64,000 nucleotides of DNA from a bacterium (GCA_037134875.1 JBAXLH010000001.1:5322-69321), one strand, 5' to 3'; positions 38,976 through 48,745 are shown, counted from the stretch's first letter. The notes: generated from the sequence alone by a model not told the origin. Program-made: numbers and translations.

Positions 38976-39317
38976 TCAATCGAGAGAAACATCAACTTGG
39001 GTTATGATCCTCCGACCTCGTTTTATGAGTTCATCGAGCTCATGTTCAGGATATCCCACTGATGTAGCTAGGTATGGTTTCAAAGTTATGAGCATATGAA
39101 GTGCATGCACGGGCCACCACTGCTCTTTTTCTTTCTCTTCTCGGCAGAGTTTTTCGGCTTCTGCCTCGATATAAGATTCGCAATTACACGTGGTACCGGA
39201 GTGAGCTTGACTCCAGCTACATTCACTTACAAATCCACGATGGGTCATCCTGTGATGACCACATCCGGGTCTCGCACAAACGTGCTGTTCCCCGCGACAT
39301 TGTGTGCAAATCGCCAT
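38976..39317 (-). CDS. Hypothetical Cys/His-rich protein
   Basis: AGGAG SD; CTQC, C..PGCGH...H..C..CNC pattern suggesting metal binding. Confidence 0.5.
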   Translation of the reverse strand: MAICTQCRGEQHVCARPGCGHHRMTHRGFVSECSWSQAHSGTTCNCESYIEAEAEKLCREEKEKEQWWPVHALHMLITLKPYLATSVGYPEHELDELIKRGRRIITQVDVSLD

Positions 39318-39390
39318 AAGTTCTCCTAAAATCACATTACCACAAAAAGTAAAAATTGCAAATTTATTATTTAGTATTATGGAGTATGGA

Positions 39391-39570
39391 TTCTCATTAA
39401 ATAAATTTTTCGCATTCGCAGGTTTTTGATTCAGATGACAACAATTTTTTCTAGTCGTGAGCGTTTAGTCCTGTGTAACAAGGACCGACCGTAGGGAGTC
39501 CGCGGAAGACAGAAAAAATTGTGCTTCATCTGACAAAAACCGAGGACGTGAAAAATTTACTCAATGAGAA
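39391..39570. repeat. Long imperfect palindrome (dispersed element)
   Basis: TTCTCATT/AATGAGAA, TAAATTTTTC/GAAAAATTTA, TCAGATGA/TCATCTGA, ACAATTTTTTCT/AGAAAAAATTGT. Confidence 0.7.
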
Positions 39571-39576
39571 TTATAT

Positions 39577-40590
39577 TTACCTCTTTGAAATAATCGTCTT
39601 CTTGTACGTATCAAGATGCTCGAGAGCCACACCAGTTCCCTTTGCAACACAGTACAGTGCATCTTTTGCAAGTGTCGCTTTGACGCCGATACGTCTGAAA
39701 ACGAGCTCGGTTAGGTTGCGTAGTTGCGACGTGCCACCAGTCATTATGATCCCGTGATCAATAATATCCGACGAAAGTTCCGGTGGAGTTTCTTGCAAGA
39801 CATCTTTGATGGCCGAAATCATTTCGCGCAAATCTTTGCTGATAGCTTTGACGACTTCGTTCGTTTTTATTTCCACACTGCGCGGAAGTCCGGTCACAAA
39901 ATCTCGTCCTTTGATGACGATGGAAAGTTCCTCGTCCATTGGGATCGCCGAACCAATTTTTATTTTGATATCCTCTGCTGTTTTGTCGCCAATACCGAGA
40001 TTGAATGTTTTTTTGATATAGTCAGCAATCGCATAATCTATTTTATCGCCGGCACATTTGACCGACGTCGAAGCGACGATACCGCCGAGAGAAATCACGG
40101 CCACGTCAGTCGTGCCACCGCCAATATCCACCACCATATGCCCTTTTGCCTCGTGAATAGGAATACCTGCTCCAATGGCCGCCAGAATCGGTTCTTTTAC
40201 AACATAGGCATTCTTGGCTCCGGCACGAATAGCGGCCTCTATGACTGCCCTACGCTCTGTAGAGGTCACTCCAGCCGGCACGGACACCAAAACCTCTGGT
40301 TTTACGAAATTCCACTTGCCGAGGGCTTTGTTTATATAGTACCGGAGCATCGCCTCTGTGACGCGATAGTCTGCAATCACACCATCTTTCATTGGTCTGT
40401 ACGCCACAATACTTTCCGGAGTTCGGCCGATCATCTGCTTGGCCTCAATACCAATAGCCATTATTTTGTTATCCTCCTCTGACACAGCAACAACAGACGG
40501 CTCATTGAGCACAATTCCCTTGCCCGGCACATATACCAGCGTGTTGGCAGTACCGAGATCAATGCCTAGTTTTTTTGAAAAAATACCCAT
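39577..40590 (-). CDS. mreB: Rod shape-determining protein MreB
   Basis: GIDLGTANT, RPMKDGVIAD, VDIGGGTTD, TGG. Confidence 0.95.
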   Translation of the reverse strand: MGIFSKKLGIDLGTANTLVYVPGKGIVLNEPSVVAVSEEDNKIMAIGIEAKQMIGRTPESIVAYRPMKDGVIADYRVTEAMLRYYINKALGKWNFVKPEVLVSVPAGVTSTERRAVIEAAIRAGAKNAYVVKEPILAAIGAGIPIHEAKGHMVVDIGGGTTDVAVISLGGIVASTSVKCAGDKIDYAIADYIKKTFNLGIGDKTAEDIKIKIGSAIPMDEELSIVIKGRDFVTGLPRSVEIKTNEVVKAISKDLREMISAIKDVLQETPPELSSDIIDHGIIMTGGTSQLRNLTELVFRRIGVKATLAKDALYCVAKGTGVALEHLDTYKKTIISKR

Positions 40591-40637
40591 ACAAGCATAT
40601 AATAGCCTACATACGCAATAATGCAAAATAAAGACCG

Positions 40638-42539
40638 ATGAACATCGTCACTGTCATTCCTATCACCAAAAGTTTAATAAAAAATACTCTTACTTATTTT
40701 ACAAAAGAGGATATTTTGAAAGGCTCTATTGTCTCCGTACCTATTCGTAACAAAAAAGTATTTGGTATTGTGTTGGATAGCCAAAACGCTGAGGAGAAAA
40801 AAATAGACCTCAAAAACCTAACATACCAAATCAAAAAAGTTTCAAATATAAACGCACGACGACTGTTCTCGGAAAATTTTATGGAGAGCGCGCGTGAGAT
40901 AGCCGACTATTATGCAGGAAATATCAGTTCTGTATTGTTTACCTTAATTCCAAATACGATTTTGGAACAAAGCGAAAAAATAAATTTTGAACCGAAAGAA
41001 AAACGTTCTGATATTTTTCACGAAGTGACGTTGCTCCAAGCAAACAATGAGGAGAGATATGCCACCTACAAAAGCCTTATTCGAGAAGAGTTTGCGCGAA
41101 GTCACAGTATCTTCTTTTGTATGCCAACAACGGAGGATTTGAAAAACGCAAAAAATTCTTTGGAAAAAGGAATTGAAAAATACACATATGTTCTGCATTC
41201 AGGATTAACAAAAAAAGAAATTGCAAAACTGTGGCAAGAAATACTAAACGAAACACACCCAGTACTCATTATCGCCACCGGACAATTTCTCTCACTCCCA
41301 CGACAAGACATTGGCACGATTGTGGTAGAAAAAGAAAGCTCTCGCGCCTACAAAATGATTTCTCGTCCATTTATTGATATGAGAAAAGTTGCCGAAATTG
41401 TTTCAAAGAAAAATAATTGCCGATTGGTACTCGGCGACACATTACTCCGCGTTGAAACATTGTGGGAAGAAAAAAATGGCGCGTACGCACAACTCTCGCC
41501 TCTCAAATTTAGATCACTCACAACATCTCGTTGCACGCTCGTAGATATGAAAATTCCAAAAGACCAAAAGAAAAAGGAGTTTACGATTTTGGGAGATGAA
41601 CTCAAAAAAATGATAACAGAAGCAAAAGAAAATAATGAACAAACATTTCTTTTTTGCGGACGAAAAGGTCTCTCTCCTGTCACAGCCTGCGATGATTGCG
41701 GAACAGTAGTGACATGCAACAACTGCAAATCCCCTGTCGTCCTTTACAACAAAAAAACTAGCGGAGATATCCAAAAAAATCTTTTTGTGTGTCATCACTG
41801 TGGAGAGAGAAGGGATGCGAGTGAGCTGTGCTCGTACTGCAACGGCTGGCGACTGACGACGCTCGGTATAGGATCGGAACGAGTGTACGAGGAAGTCAAA
41901 ACTATTTTTCCTGATACAAACGTGTTTATTTTGGACAAAGAGCATGTGACCACACAGAAACAAATGCAAAAAGTTGTGGAAGAATTTTACGCTTCCCCCG
42001 GGAGTGTCCTTGTAGGAACAGAAATGGCGCTCGGCTACCTCAACAAAAAAATCGAAAATGTCGCCGTTGTTTCAATTGATTCATTTTTTGCAATACCCGA
42101 CTTTCGAATCAATGAAAAAATATTTCATATTCTGCTCGACTTGCGTGACCTCTCCGAACACAATTTTATTATCCAAACGAGACAAAAAAATACAAAAATC
42201 TTTGATGAGGCACTCGCAGGCAATCTCGCTGACTTTTATCGAGACGAGATCGATGACAGGAAACTCGTCGGCTACCCACCATTTACAACATACATCAAAC
42301 TCACACTCGAGGGCGACAAAAATGCAATACGAAAAGAAATGGAGAAAGCAAAAGAAATACTTGCACCATTTGAGCTGTTTGTGTTTGATGCATGGAATCC
42401 GGGTGCAGACAAAAAGTTTACAATTCACGGACTCGTCTCACAAAAACGTGGCGAATGGGTACAAACCGAGCTCCTCCAGAAGCTCCTGTCTCTCCCTCCG
42501 TTCTATATGATAAAAATAGACCCTGACACACTTTTGTGA
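40638..42539 (+). CDS. priA: Primosomal protein N' (degenerate helicase motifs)
   Basis: Four CxxC zinc module, GIGSERV, LVGTE, IIQT, YPPF. Confidence 0.8.
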   Translation: MNIVTVIPITKSLIKNTLTYFTKEDILKGSIVSVPIRNKKVFGIVLDSQNAEEKKIDLKNLTYQIKKVSNINARRLFSENFMESAREIADYYAGNISSVLFTLIPNTILEQSEKINFEPKEKRSDIFHEVTLLQANNEERYATYKSLIREEFARSHSIFFCMPTTEDLKNAKNSLEKGIEKYTYVLHSGLTKKEIAKLWQEILNETHPVLIIATGQFLSLPRQDIGTIVVEKESSRAYKMISRPFIDMRKVAEIVSKKNNCRLVLGDTLLRVETLWEEKNGAYAQLSPLKFRSLTTSRCTLVDMKIPKDQKKKEFTILGDELKKMITEAKENNEQTFLFCGRKGLSPVTACDDCGTVVTCNNCKSPVVLYNKKTSGDIQKNLFVCHHCGERRDASELCSYCNGWRLTTLGIGSERVYEEVKTIFPDTNVFILDKEHVTTQKQMQKVVEEFYASPGSVLVGTEMALGYLNKKIENVAVVSIDSFFAIPDFRINEKIFHILLDLRDLSEHNFIIQTRQKNTKIFDEALAGNLADFYRDEIDDRKLVGYPPFTTYIKLTLEGDKNAIRKEMEKAKEILAPFELFVFDAWNPGADKKFTIHGLVSQKRGEWVQTELLQKLLSLPPFYMIKIDPDTLL

Positions 42540-42557
42540 TATTGTACAATATATCCA

Positions 42558-43115
42558 ATGAAAACAATTGTTCAAAAAGAAGCCAAAGTTTTGCGAGAAA
42601 TAGCAAAAGACGTCCCAATCAAAAAAATTGGTACAGATAAAATAAACACCATTCTTACCGAGATGCGAGAAGCTCTGGACTCTCAGGAAGACGGTGTTGC
42701 TATCGCTGCGCCACAGATCGGATATCCTCTCCGTATTTTTGTCGTATCCACCAAAGTTTCTGAGCTTTTGAAAAAAACAAAGAAAGAAACCGACTCAGAA
42801 AAACCAACTATTCTCAAAAATACTGTTTTTATAAACCCCGTCATCAAAAAACTCTCAAAAGAAAAAAATATTATGGAGGAGGGATGTCTCTCGGTCAGAT
42901 ATTTGTACGGGAAAGTCAAAAGATCCAACAAGGCAACTGTCGAGGCATACGATGAACACGGCAAAAAATTTACTCTCGGTGGCACTGGAATCCTCGCACA
43001 AATTTTTCAACACGAAATGGACCATCTCGATGGTGTACTCTTTATAGACAAAGCAAAATATGTCGAAGAAATTATTCCGGCACACATAAAACACAATCAT
43101 GCAGAACACAAATAA
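42558..43115 (+). CDS. def: Peptide deformylase
   Basis: GVAIAAPQIG, EGCLS, QHEMDHLDG. Confidence 0.95.
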   Translation: MKTIVQKEAKVLREIAKDVPIKKIGTDKINTILTEMREALDSQEDGVAIAAPQIGYPLRIFVVSTKVSELLKKTKKETDSEKPTILKNTVFINPVIKKLSKEKNIMEEGCLSVRYLYGKVKRSNKATVEAYDEHGKKFTLGGTGILAQIFQHEMDHLDGVLFIDKAKYVEEIIPAHIKHNHAEHK

Positions 43116-43971
43116 AGTAACCTTTGCTTTTTTTGGTACATCTCGGTTTTCTGTTTTTGTATTGGAAGAATTAAAAAAAGCAGGATATATTCCGGCTCTC
43201 ATCATCACAACCGAAGACAAAGCAAAAGGCAGAAAGCTTATTCTCACTCCATCAGAAGTAAAAAAATGGGCACTTGCTGAAAACATTCCTTTTATTACTC
43301 CAAAGTCTCTCAAAACTCCGGAGACACTGGATGAAATAAAAAAATATTCGGAAAATTATGACTTCTTCATTGTGGCATCGTACGGCAAGATCATTCCGCA
43401 AAATATTCTCGATCTTCCAAAACATCAAACCATAAATGTGCATCCCTCACTCCTGCCTCGTCTCCGCGGAGCATCACCAATACAGAGCGCGATTTTGTCC
43501 GAAAACGAAACGGGCGTGACTATTATGCGACTCGATGCCGAGATGGATCATGGTCCCCTTCTCGCACAAGAAAAAGTTTCCGTGCCAGAGTGGCCACCAT
43601 ACAAAAAAGATTTGGAGGAAAACCTCGCAAAAAAAGGCGGAGAACTTTTGGTACGTATTATTCCAGATTGGATTTCCGGCAAACTGGCAGAAATACCCCA
43701 AGACCACGACTCTGCAACATACTGCAAAAAAATTGAAAAGTCAGACGGAGAAATAAATCTCGATGGCGACCCGGAACTCAACATACGAAAAATCCGCGCC
43801 TTTCATATGTGGCCCGGTGCATATTTTTTTATTCATCACAAAGGCACACAAAAAAGAGTTGTCATAAAAAGCGCACACATTGAAGATGGAAAACTCATCC
43901 TCGAGCGAGTAGTGCCAGAAGGCAAAAATGAAATGTTCTACAAAGATTTCTTAAATGGTTTCAAAAACTAG
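43099..43971 (+). CDS. fmt: Methionyl-tRNA formyltransferase
   Basis: FFGT, VASYGKIIP, NVHPSLLPRLRGASPIQ. Confidence 0.93.
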   Translation: MQNTNKVTFAFFGTSRFSVFVLEELKKAGYIPALIITTEDKAKGRKLILTPSEVKKWALAENIPFITPKSLKTPETLDEIKKYSENYDFFIVASYGKIIPQNILDLPKHQTINVHPSLLPRLRGASPIQSAILSENETGVTIMRLDAEMDHGPLLAQEKVSVPEWPPYKKDLEENLAKKGGELLVRIIPDWISGKLAEIPQDHDSATYCKKIEKSDGEINLDGDPELNIRKIRAFHMWPGAYFFIHHKGTQKRVVIKSAHIEDGKLILERVVPEGKNEMFYKDFLNGFKN

Positions 43972-44131
43972 TCCATCAAATCTCCTATTTTTGTCTGAGT
44001 TGAAATAGCGCTCCCTGTTTCTTGTACACTTTCAAGCATATACAAAAGTCCTGTTGTAAGAAGAATACAAAAGAACACAAAATAAACTAGTTTAGAATTT
44101 GCTTTGTCTCGCAAATGTCCGATGTCCATAT

Positions 44132-44506
44132 TTATTTGCCGTTAATTTTCTTGATAATGTTTTTTATCTTGGATGCTCCACGTCTGAAAAGAGTGTTTGC
44201 TTTCTTTTTCTTTGCCACGATAATTCTCTCCATTTCGTCTCTCACAACATCAATCGCTGCATACAGATCGGACTCCTCGGCAAGTGCGTAAAACTGGTTA
44301 CCATGAGACTCTGTGATGTTTACTTCTGCCTTAAAAATATCACCCGACTTGTGATGACTTGTTGTCTTGCCTATTTCAACTTCACATAACACATTTCCAT
44401 CCTTGTTCAAAAACTTTTCGAGTGATGGTAATTTTTTGTAAATATAATCTTCTATCGCAGGTGTTAAATCAAAATTCGCAGTTCTTATTTTGATATTCAT
44501 ATACAT
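44132..44506 (-). CDS. raiA: Ribosome hibernation factor (HPF/RaiA)
   Basis: LTPAIEDY, DLYAAID. Confidence 0.8.
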   Translation of the reverse strand: MYMNIKIRTANFDLTPAIEDYIYKKLPSLEKFLNKDGNVLCEVEIGKTTSHHKSGDIFKAEVNITESHGNQFYALAEESDLYAAIDVVRDEMERIIVAKKKKANTLFRRGASKIKNIIKKINGK

Positions 44507-44541
44507 AATTATACCACCTCACACCCTGTCTACCAAACAGA

Positions 44542-44757
44542 CTAATCCCCAACCGAAAAGAGTTTGCTCGGAGAATTGTGACCACTGACCAAAAGTACCT
44601 TGTGGCTACCAAAATGTTTGGAGACTAGCTCGATTACCCTCTTGTTTGCGAGATTTCGCTCCGCCCTCTCTCGTACCGAAACCAAAAAATGATCTTTATT
44701 TTTCTTGACAAAACTCTCTTTTTTGGCAGACGGCGTTACTTTGACATGAATGTACAT
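44542..44757 (-). CDS. DUF167 family protein
   Basis: VKVTPSAK, ANKRVIEL, SGHNSPSK. Confidence 0.8.
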   Translation of the reverse strand: MYIHVKVTPSAKKESFVKKNKDHFLVSVRERAERNLANKRVIELVSKHFGSHKVLLVSGHNSPSKLFSVGD

Positions 44758-44815
44758 ATAGACAGTATAAACGATTTTTGTTATCTTATAAATGTGTTTG
44801 AGTAAAAACACAAAC

Positions 44816-44935
44816 ATTCCGCGGTAGCTCAGTGGTAGAGTGAGATTGGGGTGGGACCCAATCGCAAGACCGGAGCGCGACGGCGCGAGGTGGGGTCGCA
44901 GGATTTTTCAACAGAAAAATACCTGTGACGAGCCT
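44816..44935 (+). repeat. Duplicated tRNA-Asn 5' fragment followed by repeat-core hairpins
   Basis: ATTCCGCGGTAGCTCAGTGGTAGAG (44816-44840) identical to 45011-45035, then GCGCGACGGCGCGAG core motif. Confidence 0.75.
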
Positions 44936-45012
44936 GTGTGGTATATAACATTTTTGAACCCCTCTTGATTACTATTTTGAGAATAATAATCAAGACAAGT
45001 TTTGAAATATAT

Positions 45013-45366
45013 TCCGCGGTAGCTCAGTGGTAGAGCGATCGCCTGTAAAGTGCTTGCAGCTTCCTAAAGTAATTTAGGCTGAAAAATGAGGTGAATTCGG
45101 GGAAACCCCACGTGGGCAATCCCGAGCCAAGCCACTTTCAAGTTTTGATTTTTTATATTTAGAAATTAAAACTTGAAAGTGGAAGGTGTAGAGACTATCT
45201 CGAAAGAGAGTAGTTATTATTTTTCAAATAAAATAATCACGAAGCGCCCCACATCCCACTTGTTTATCAAAAATAGATAAAGGATGATGATATAGTCCAT
45301 ACCAAAGGCAACTTTGGAATCAATGTAAGCGATTGGTCGTAGGTTCGATCCCTACCCGCGGAGCCA
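45013..45366 (+). tRNA. tRNA-Asn(GTT) interrupted by an intron; exons 45013-45046 and 45326-45366
   Basis: Joined exons give TCCGCGG acceptor stem, ATCGC-CTGTTAA-GCGAT anticodon arm, GGTTCGATCCC T-arm and encoded CCA. Confidence 0.9.
45047..45325 (+). ncRNA. Group I self-splicing intron (279 nt, no homing endonuclease ORF)
   Basis: 5' splice after U with P1 CUGU/GCAG; terminal G; core elements GAATTCGGGGAAA, AATCCCGAGCCAAG, GTGTAGAGACTA, GATATAGTCC. Confidence 0.88.
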
Positions 45367-45744
45367 AAAAGTTTAAACCCCGAAAGGGGTTTTTACTTTT
45401 CTTGGCTCCGTGGAGCAGAACAGGGTTCTGCGTGTAGGGATCGAACAGTTTGTCGGTTTACAAGTTTAGCAAAACTTGTCGACAAACTGGTGGCCAGGAT
45501 TTTCTGTTTTGACGAAAACAGAAAATCTGAGGCCGATACCCCTACCCGCGGAGCCAAAAAGTTTAAACCCCGAAAGGGGTTTTTACTTTTCTTGGCTCCG
45601 TGGAGCAGAACAGGGTTCTGCGTGTAGGGATCGAACAGTTTGTCGGTTTACAAGTTTAGCAAAACTTGTCGACAAACTGGTGGCCAGGATTTTCTGTTTT
45701 GACGAAAACAGAAAATCTGAGGCCGATACCCCTACCCGCGGAGC
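45350..45744 (+). repeat. 190-bp tandem repeat (2 copies plus start of a third) beginning at the tRNA-Asn 3' end
   Basis: CCCTACCCGCGGAGC at 45350, 45540 and 45730; the two full units are identical by eye. Confidence 0.9.
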
Positions 45745-45832
45745 AAGAGACCCGAAAGGGTCTTTTCTCATACCACACAAACACAACTTGACCAATTATT
45801 GACAACGATAAGTCATTGCTATAATTTTATTA

Positions 45833-46078
45833 TTGGAAAATATGAAAGGAAACATTAGTGATTTGAGTAGTAATGCAATAATCGCAATCATTGTTCTTTT
45901 GGAAATCGAGCACGAACCTACACACGAAGGGTTTACACTTTCTGAGCTACACAGAGAAATCAGTGAAAGTTTTGATGGGTCGGAAGACGACCTACGACAA
46001 AAACTGGATATACTCAAAGAAAAATACCCTGGATGTTTTAAGGAAGGCACTTACTGGGGAACTCCTAAACGCAAGTGA
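45833..46078 (+). CDS. Hypothetical small protein (possible winged helix)
   Basis: TTGACA-17-TATAAT directly upstream; 81 aa. Confidence 0.55.
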   Translation: MENMKGNISDLSSNAIIAIIVLLEIEHEPTHEGFTLSELHREISESFDGSEDDLRQKLDILKEKYPGCFKEGTYWGTPKRK

Positions 46079-46182
46079 GTGACTCCCGCTTTAACTATCG
46101 TCAGCTACGGCTGGCGGTTTTCTTTTAGCGTTTTAGTTGACACATTTTCTTATTTATAGTATAAAATGCAAAGGAGAAAATT

Positions 46183-46353
46183 GTGCCCAAAAAAAGGATT
46201 TGCCCGATTTGTAAAAAACCTCAATCTGTTGAGGAAGATAAGTCAGTAAGTCCTGAAATGCTTGCCTATGGGAGCAATGATGCAGGACTGAGAATCAAAG
46301 TACATTTCACAGACGGTAAAAAATGTGAAGGAAGTAATATTATACTGCAATGA
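46183..46353 (+). CDS. Small putative zinc-binding protein (56 aa, absent from ORF track)
   Basis: AAGGAG SD, GTG start, MPKKRICPICKK...HFTDGKKC; TGA overlaps next ATG; TTGACA-17-TATAAA upstream. Confidence 0.6.
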   Translation: MPKKRICPICKKPQSVEEDKSVSPEMLAYGSNDAGLRIKVHFTDGKKCEGSNIILQ

Positions 46354-46592
46354 AAACCTTGAAAAGTATGGTAATTAGTCGAATAGAAGAAGATGAAGGA
46401 GATCGTGTTCTCCTCTATACGACCAACTATTCTTTTTATGTAATTGCCTCCCCAAAGGAAGCAAGAAATTTGAACATCGGCGATACCATTGATTATGAAC
46501 CCTATGGGGCAAATTTTGGATGGTTTGTCGCAAAAAGGATTCAGAATCGAACACCTCTCGGCACAAACCCCGAAGGCGAGATTAAATTTTAA
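46350..46592 (+). CDS. Hypothetical small protein
   Basis: ATGA coupling to the upstream ORF. Confidence 0.55.
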   Translation: MKTLKSMVISRIEEDEGDRVLLYTTNYSFYVIASPKEARNLNIGDTIDYEPYGANFGWFVAKRIQNRTPLGTNPEGEIKF

Positions 46593-46704
46593 CAATCCAC
46601 CCAGAGTGGTTATGCAATCGTCAGCTACGGCTGGCGGTTTTCTTTGTGGAAAACTTGCACTATACATAAAAATATGTTTATATTTGGCCGGAAGGAGAAG
46701 GTGA

Positions 46705-47085
46705 GTGAAAAAGAAAAAAATCGAGGACTATCTCAGTCCTGGATTCATGAGAAAGAAGGAGAGGATTGTCCTCACGATAGGGAGAGAAGAAATCACCTAC
46801 CGAATGTTGGGCAAACTCATCGGACAGTTCAGTCCCCAAGCAGCATGGAGACTGAATATGGTTCTGGAGAGTTTCAAATCGAAAAAGCCAAAAAACATCC
46901 GGGACTTGGCCCTGAAAATTGATTTGAATGATCTGCTTGATGTCGGAGGAGTCGGTGAAGCCACCGTCGAACTCTGGCTATCAATATTGAATGCAAAAGG
47001 ACTCGATCCAGTGAAATGGCTCGATTCCAATACAAAAATCTTGACCGAATGCCAAAAGAGGCGTCGGCCCAGAAGACATTTTTAG
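46705..47085 (+). CDS. Basic protein with helix-hairpin-helix motif
   Basis: AAGGAG SD; DLLDVGGVGEAT. Confidence 0.6.
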   Translation: MKKKKIEDYLSPGFMRKKERIVLTIGREEITYRMLGKLIGQFSPQAAWRLNMVLESFKSKKPKNIRDLALKIDLNDLLDVGGVGEATVELWLSILNAKGLDPVKWLDSNTKILTECQKRRRPRRHF

Positions 47086-47175
47086 TTTTATTTGTCTGCA
47101 CACCCACTAGCCAAGGCTGGTGGGTATATTTTTTTACGATAAAAAATTACATTCAACATATGCTATACTTGTCTT

Positions 47176-48084
47176 GTGAAAGACACACTCAAACGGTTTT
47201 TACAGTCGGTACCAACTTCCACATATATTTTGACTTTTCTGCTACTTCTCATAGTGGCATTTACTATCTATGGAGCTTTTCAGTATCGCGATGTAACGAC
47301 TACACTCAAAAACACAACATCTGACCTCGCTTCCACCACACTCACTCTGGAACAAAAAACAAAAGAACTTTATGATTTTCAAAATGCAAATAGCAACCTG
47401 AGCGCGACCCTCGGAGACGAGCAAACAAAAAACGATTTGCTCAACGAACAGATGCAGTCAATGTCATACACGCTCGGAATTTTGGACAAGCTGAGCAAGA
47501 CAGACAGAGAGCTCCTGCAAAAATATTCCAAAGTTTATTTTCTGAGTGAAAACTATGTTCCCTCTTCTCTGAGTAACATCGACCAAACCTTTCTGTTTAG
47601 AAAAAACAAGCCGGAACAAATACACACAAATGTAAAACCCTATCTTGAAAATCTTCTCCGAACAGCAAATGCCGAGGGAGTATATTTTTCTGTCTTATCG
47701 GCTTATCGATCATTTGGCACACAAGCCAATCTCAAAGCGACATACAAAGTGATATATGGTTCGGGAACCGCAAATAAATTTTCGGCAGATCAAGGATATT
47801 CGGAACATCAGCTCGGCAGTGCCCTAGATTTTACTGCTACCTCAACCGGCGAGGCTCTGACTGGTTTTGAAAAAACAAAAGGCTATGAATGGCTTATGCA
47901 AAATGCGTACAAATTTGGTTTTATTTTGTCATATCCAAAAGGAAACAAATATTACATCTACGAGCCGTGGCACTGGCGATTTGTCGGAGTAGAGCTCGCC
48001 ACAAAACTACACAACGAAAATAAATATTTTTACGATCTGGATCAGAGAGAAATAAATACCTACCTCGTCAAAATTTTTGACTGA
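47176..48084 (+). CDS. M15 D-Ala-D-Ala carboxypeptidase (VanY-like)
   Basis: SAYRS, GYSEHQLGSALD, YEPWHWRFVG. Confidence 0.9.
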   Translation: MKDTLKRFLQSVPTSTYILTFLLLLIVAFTIYGAFQYRDVTTTLKNTTSDLASTTLTLEQKTKELYDFQNANSNLSATLGDEQTKNDLLNEQMQSMSYTLGILDKLSKTDRELLQKYSKVYFLSENYVPSSLSNIDQTFLFRKNKPEQIHTNVKPYLENLLRTANAEGVYFSVLSAYRSFGTQANLKATYKVIYGSGTANKFSADQGYSEHQLGSALDFTATSTGEALTGFEKTKGYEWLMQNAYKFGFILSYPKGNKYYIYEPWHWRFVGVELATKLHNENKYFYDLDQREINTYLVKIFD

Positions 48085-48157
48085 AAACTTGTACTCGTTT
48101 TGTGACTTATCTTTACATAATCTTATTTTTGTATTAGTATTCCATCTGGAAAATACA

Positions 48158-48745
48158 ATGCCCATTATCAAGGTGTGGTGTTTACCGAAGCTTCCGGAAG
48201 AAAAGCTTCGGGAAATTTTTCAAGCGATGATTTCTGCTGTTGAGTCCATCGAGGCCCTCGGACTCAAGGCTGGAAACTCTGTCACTGTACTATTTCCTAC
48301 CGATATGATGTCCTACGGGATTGGTGAGGAAATTATTATTGAAGTATCCGGATTGTTTAAAAAAGCAGAACGAACATTTAGTGTCAGAAACCAACTTGCA
48401 TACAATCTCGGCACAGCAATACAAGAATTTTTTCCCGATGCACTCATTGAATGTTTTATTCAGAGCTTCAATATGGATCAAGGATTCTGGTCGTCGAGAC
48501 AAGAACCTTTGCCAAAAGACTTTGAAGGAATCTGCGCGCGCAGTATCGAGGAACTCAGTCTCGGTACACGTGGATACAATGCTCTGAAAAATGCAGAAAT
48601 AAATAGATTGAGAACAATTTTCTTTAGGACCGAAGAAATGTTAAGTAATATCAGACATTTCGGTCCAGTAGAAATGAGCGAGCTCAAAAGTGCTCTGTAC
48701 TCGATTCATCCGGCACTCCGTGTCGGAATGCTGTTAAAGAAGTAA
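48158..48745 (+). CDS. Tautomerase-like domain fused to RNA polymerase alpha-CTD-like domain
   Basis: MPIIKV start with Pro-1; C-terminal SIEELSLGTRGYNALKNAEI..LSNIRHFG. Confidence 0.6.
   Translation: MPIIKVWCLPKLPEEKLREIFQAMISAVESIEALGLKAGNSVTVLFPTDMMSYGIGEEIIIEVSGLFKKAERTFSVRNQLAYNLGTAIQEFFPDALIECFIQSFNMDQGFWSSRQEPLPKDFEGICARSIEELSLGTRGYNALKNAEINRLRTIFFRTEEMLSNIRHFGPVEMSELKSALYSIHPALRVGMLLKK

Larger units (their letters stand above)
46097..46645 (+). repeat. 29-bp terminator-like direct repeat (46097-46125 and 46617-46645)
   Basis: ATCGTCAGCTACGGCTGGCGGTTTTCTTT occurs twice; hairpin plus T-tract. Confidence 0.8.

Noticed and set aside
45476-45802. ORFs over the 190-bp tandem repeat
   Set aside because: Products of repeat sequence without coding signals
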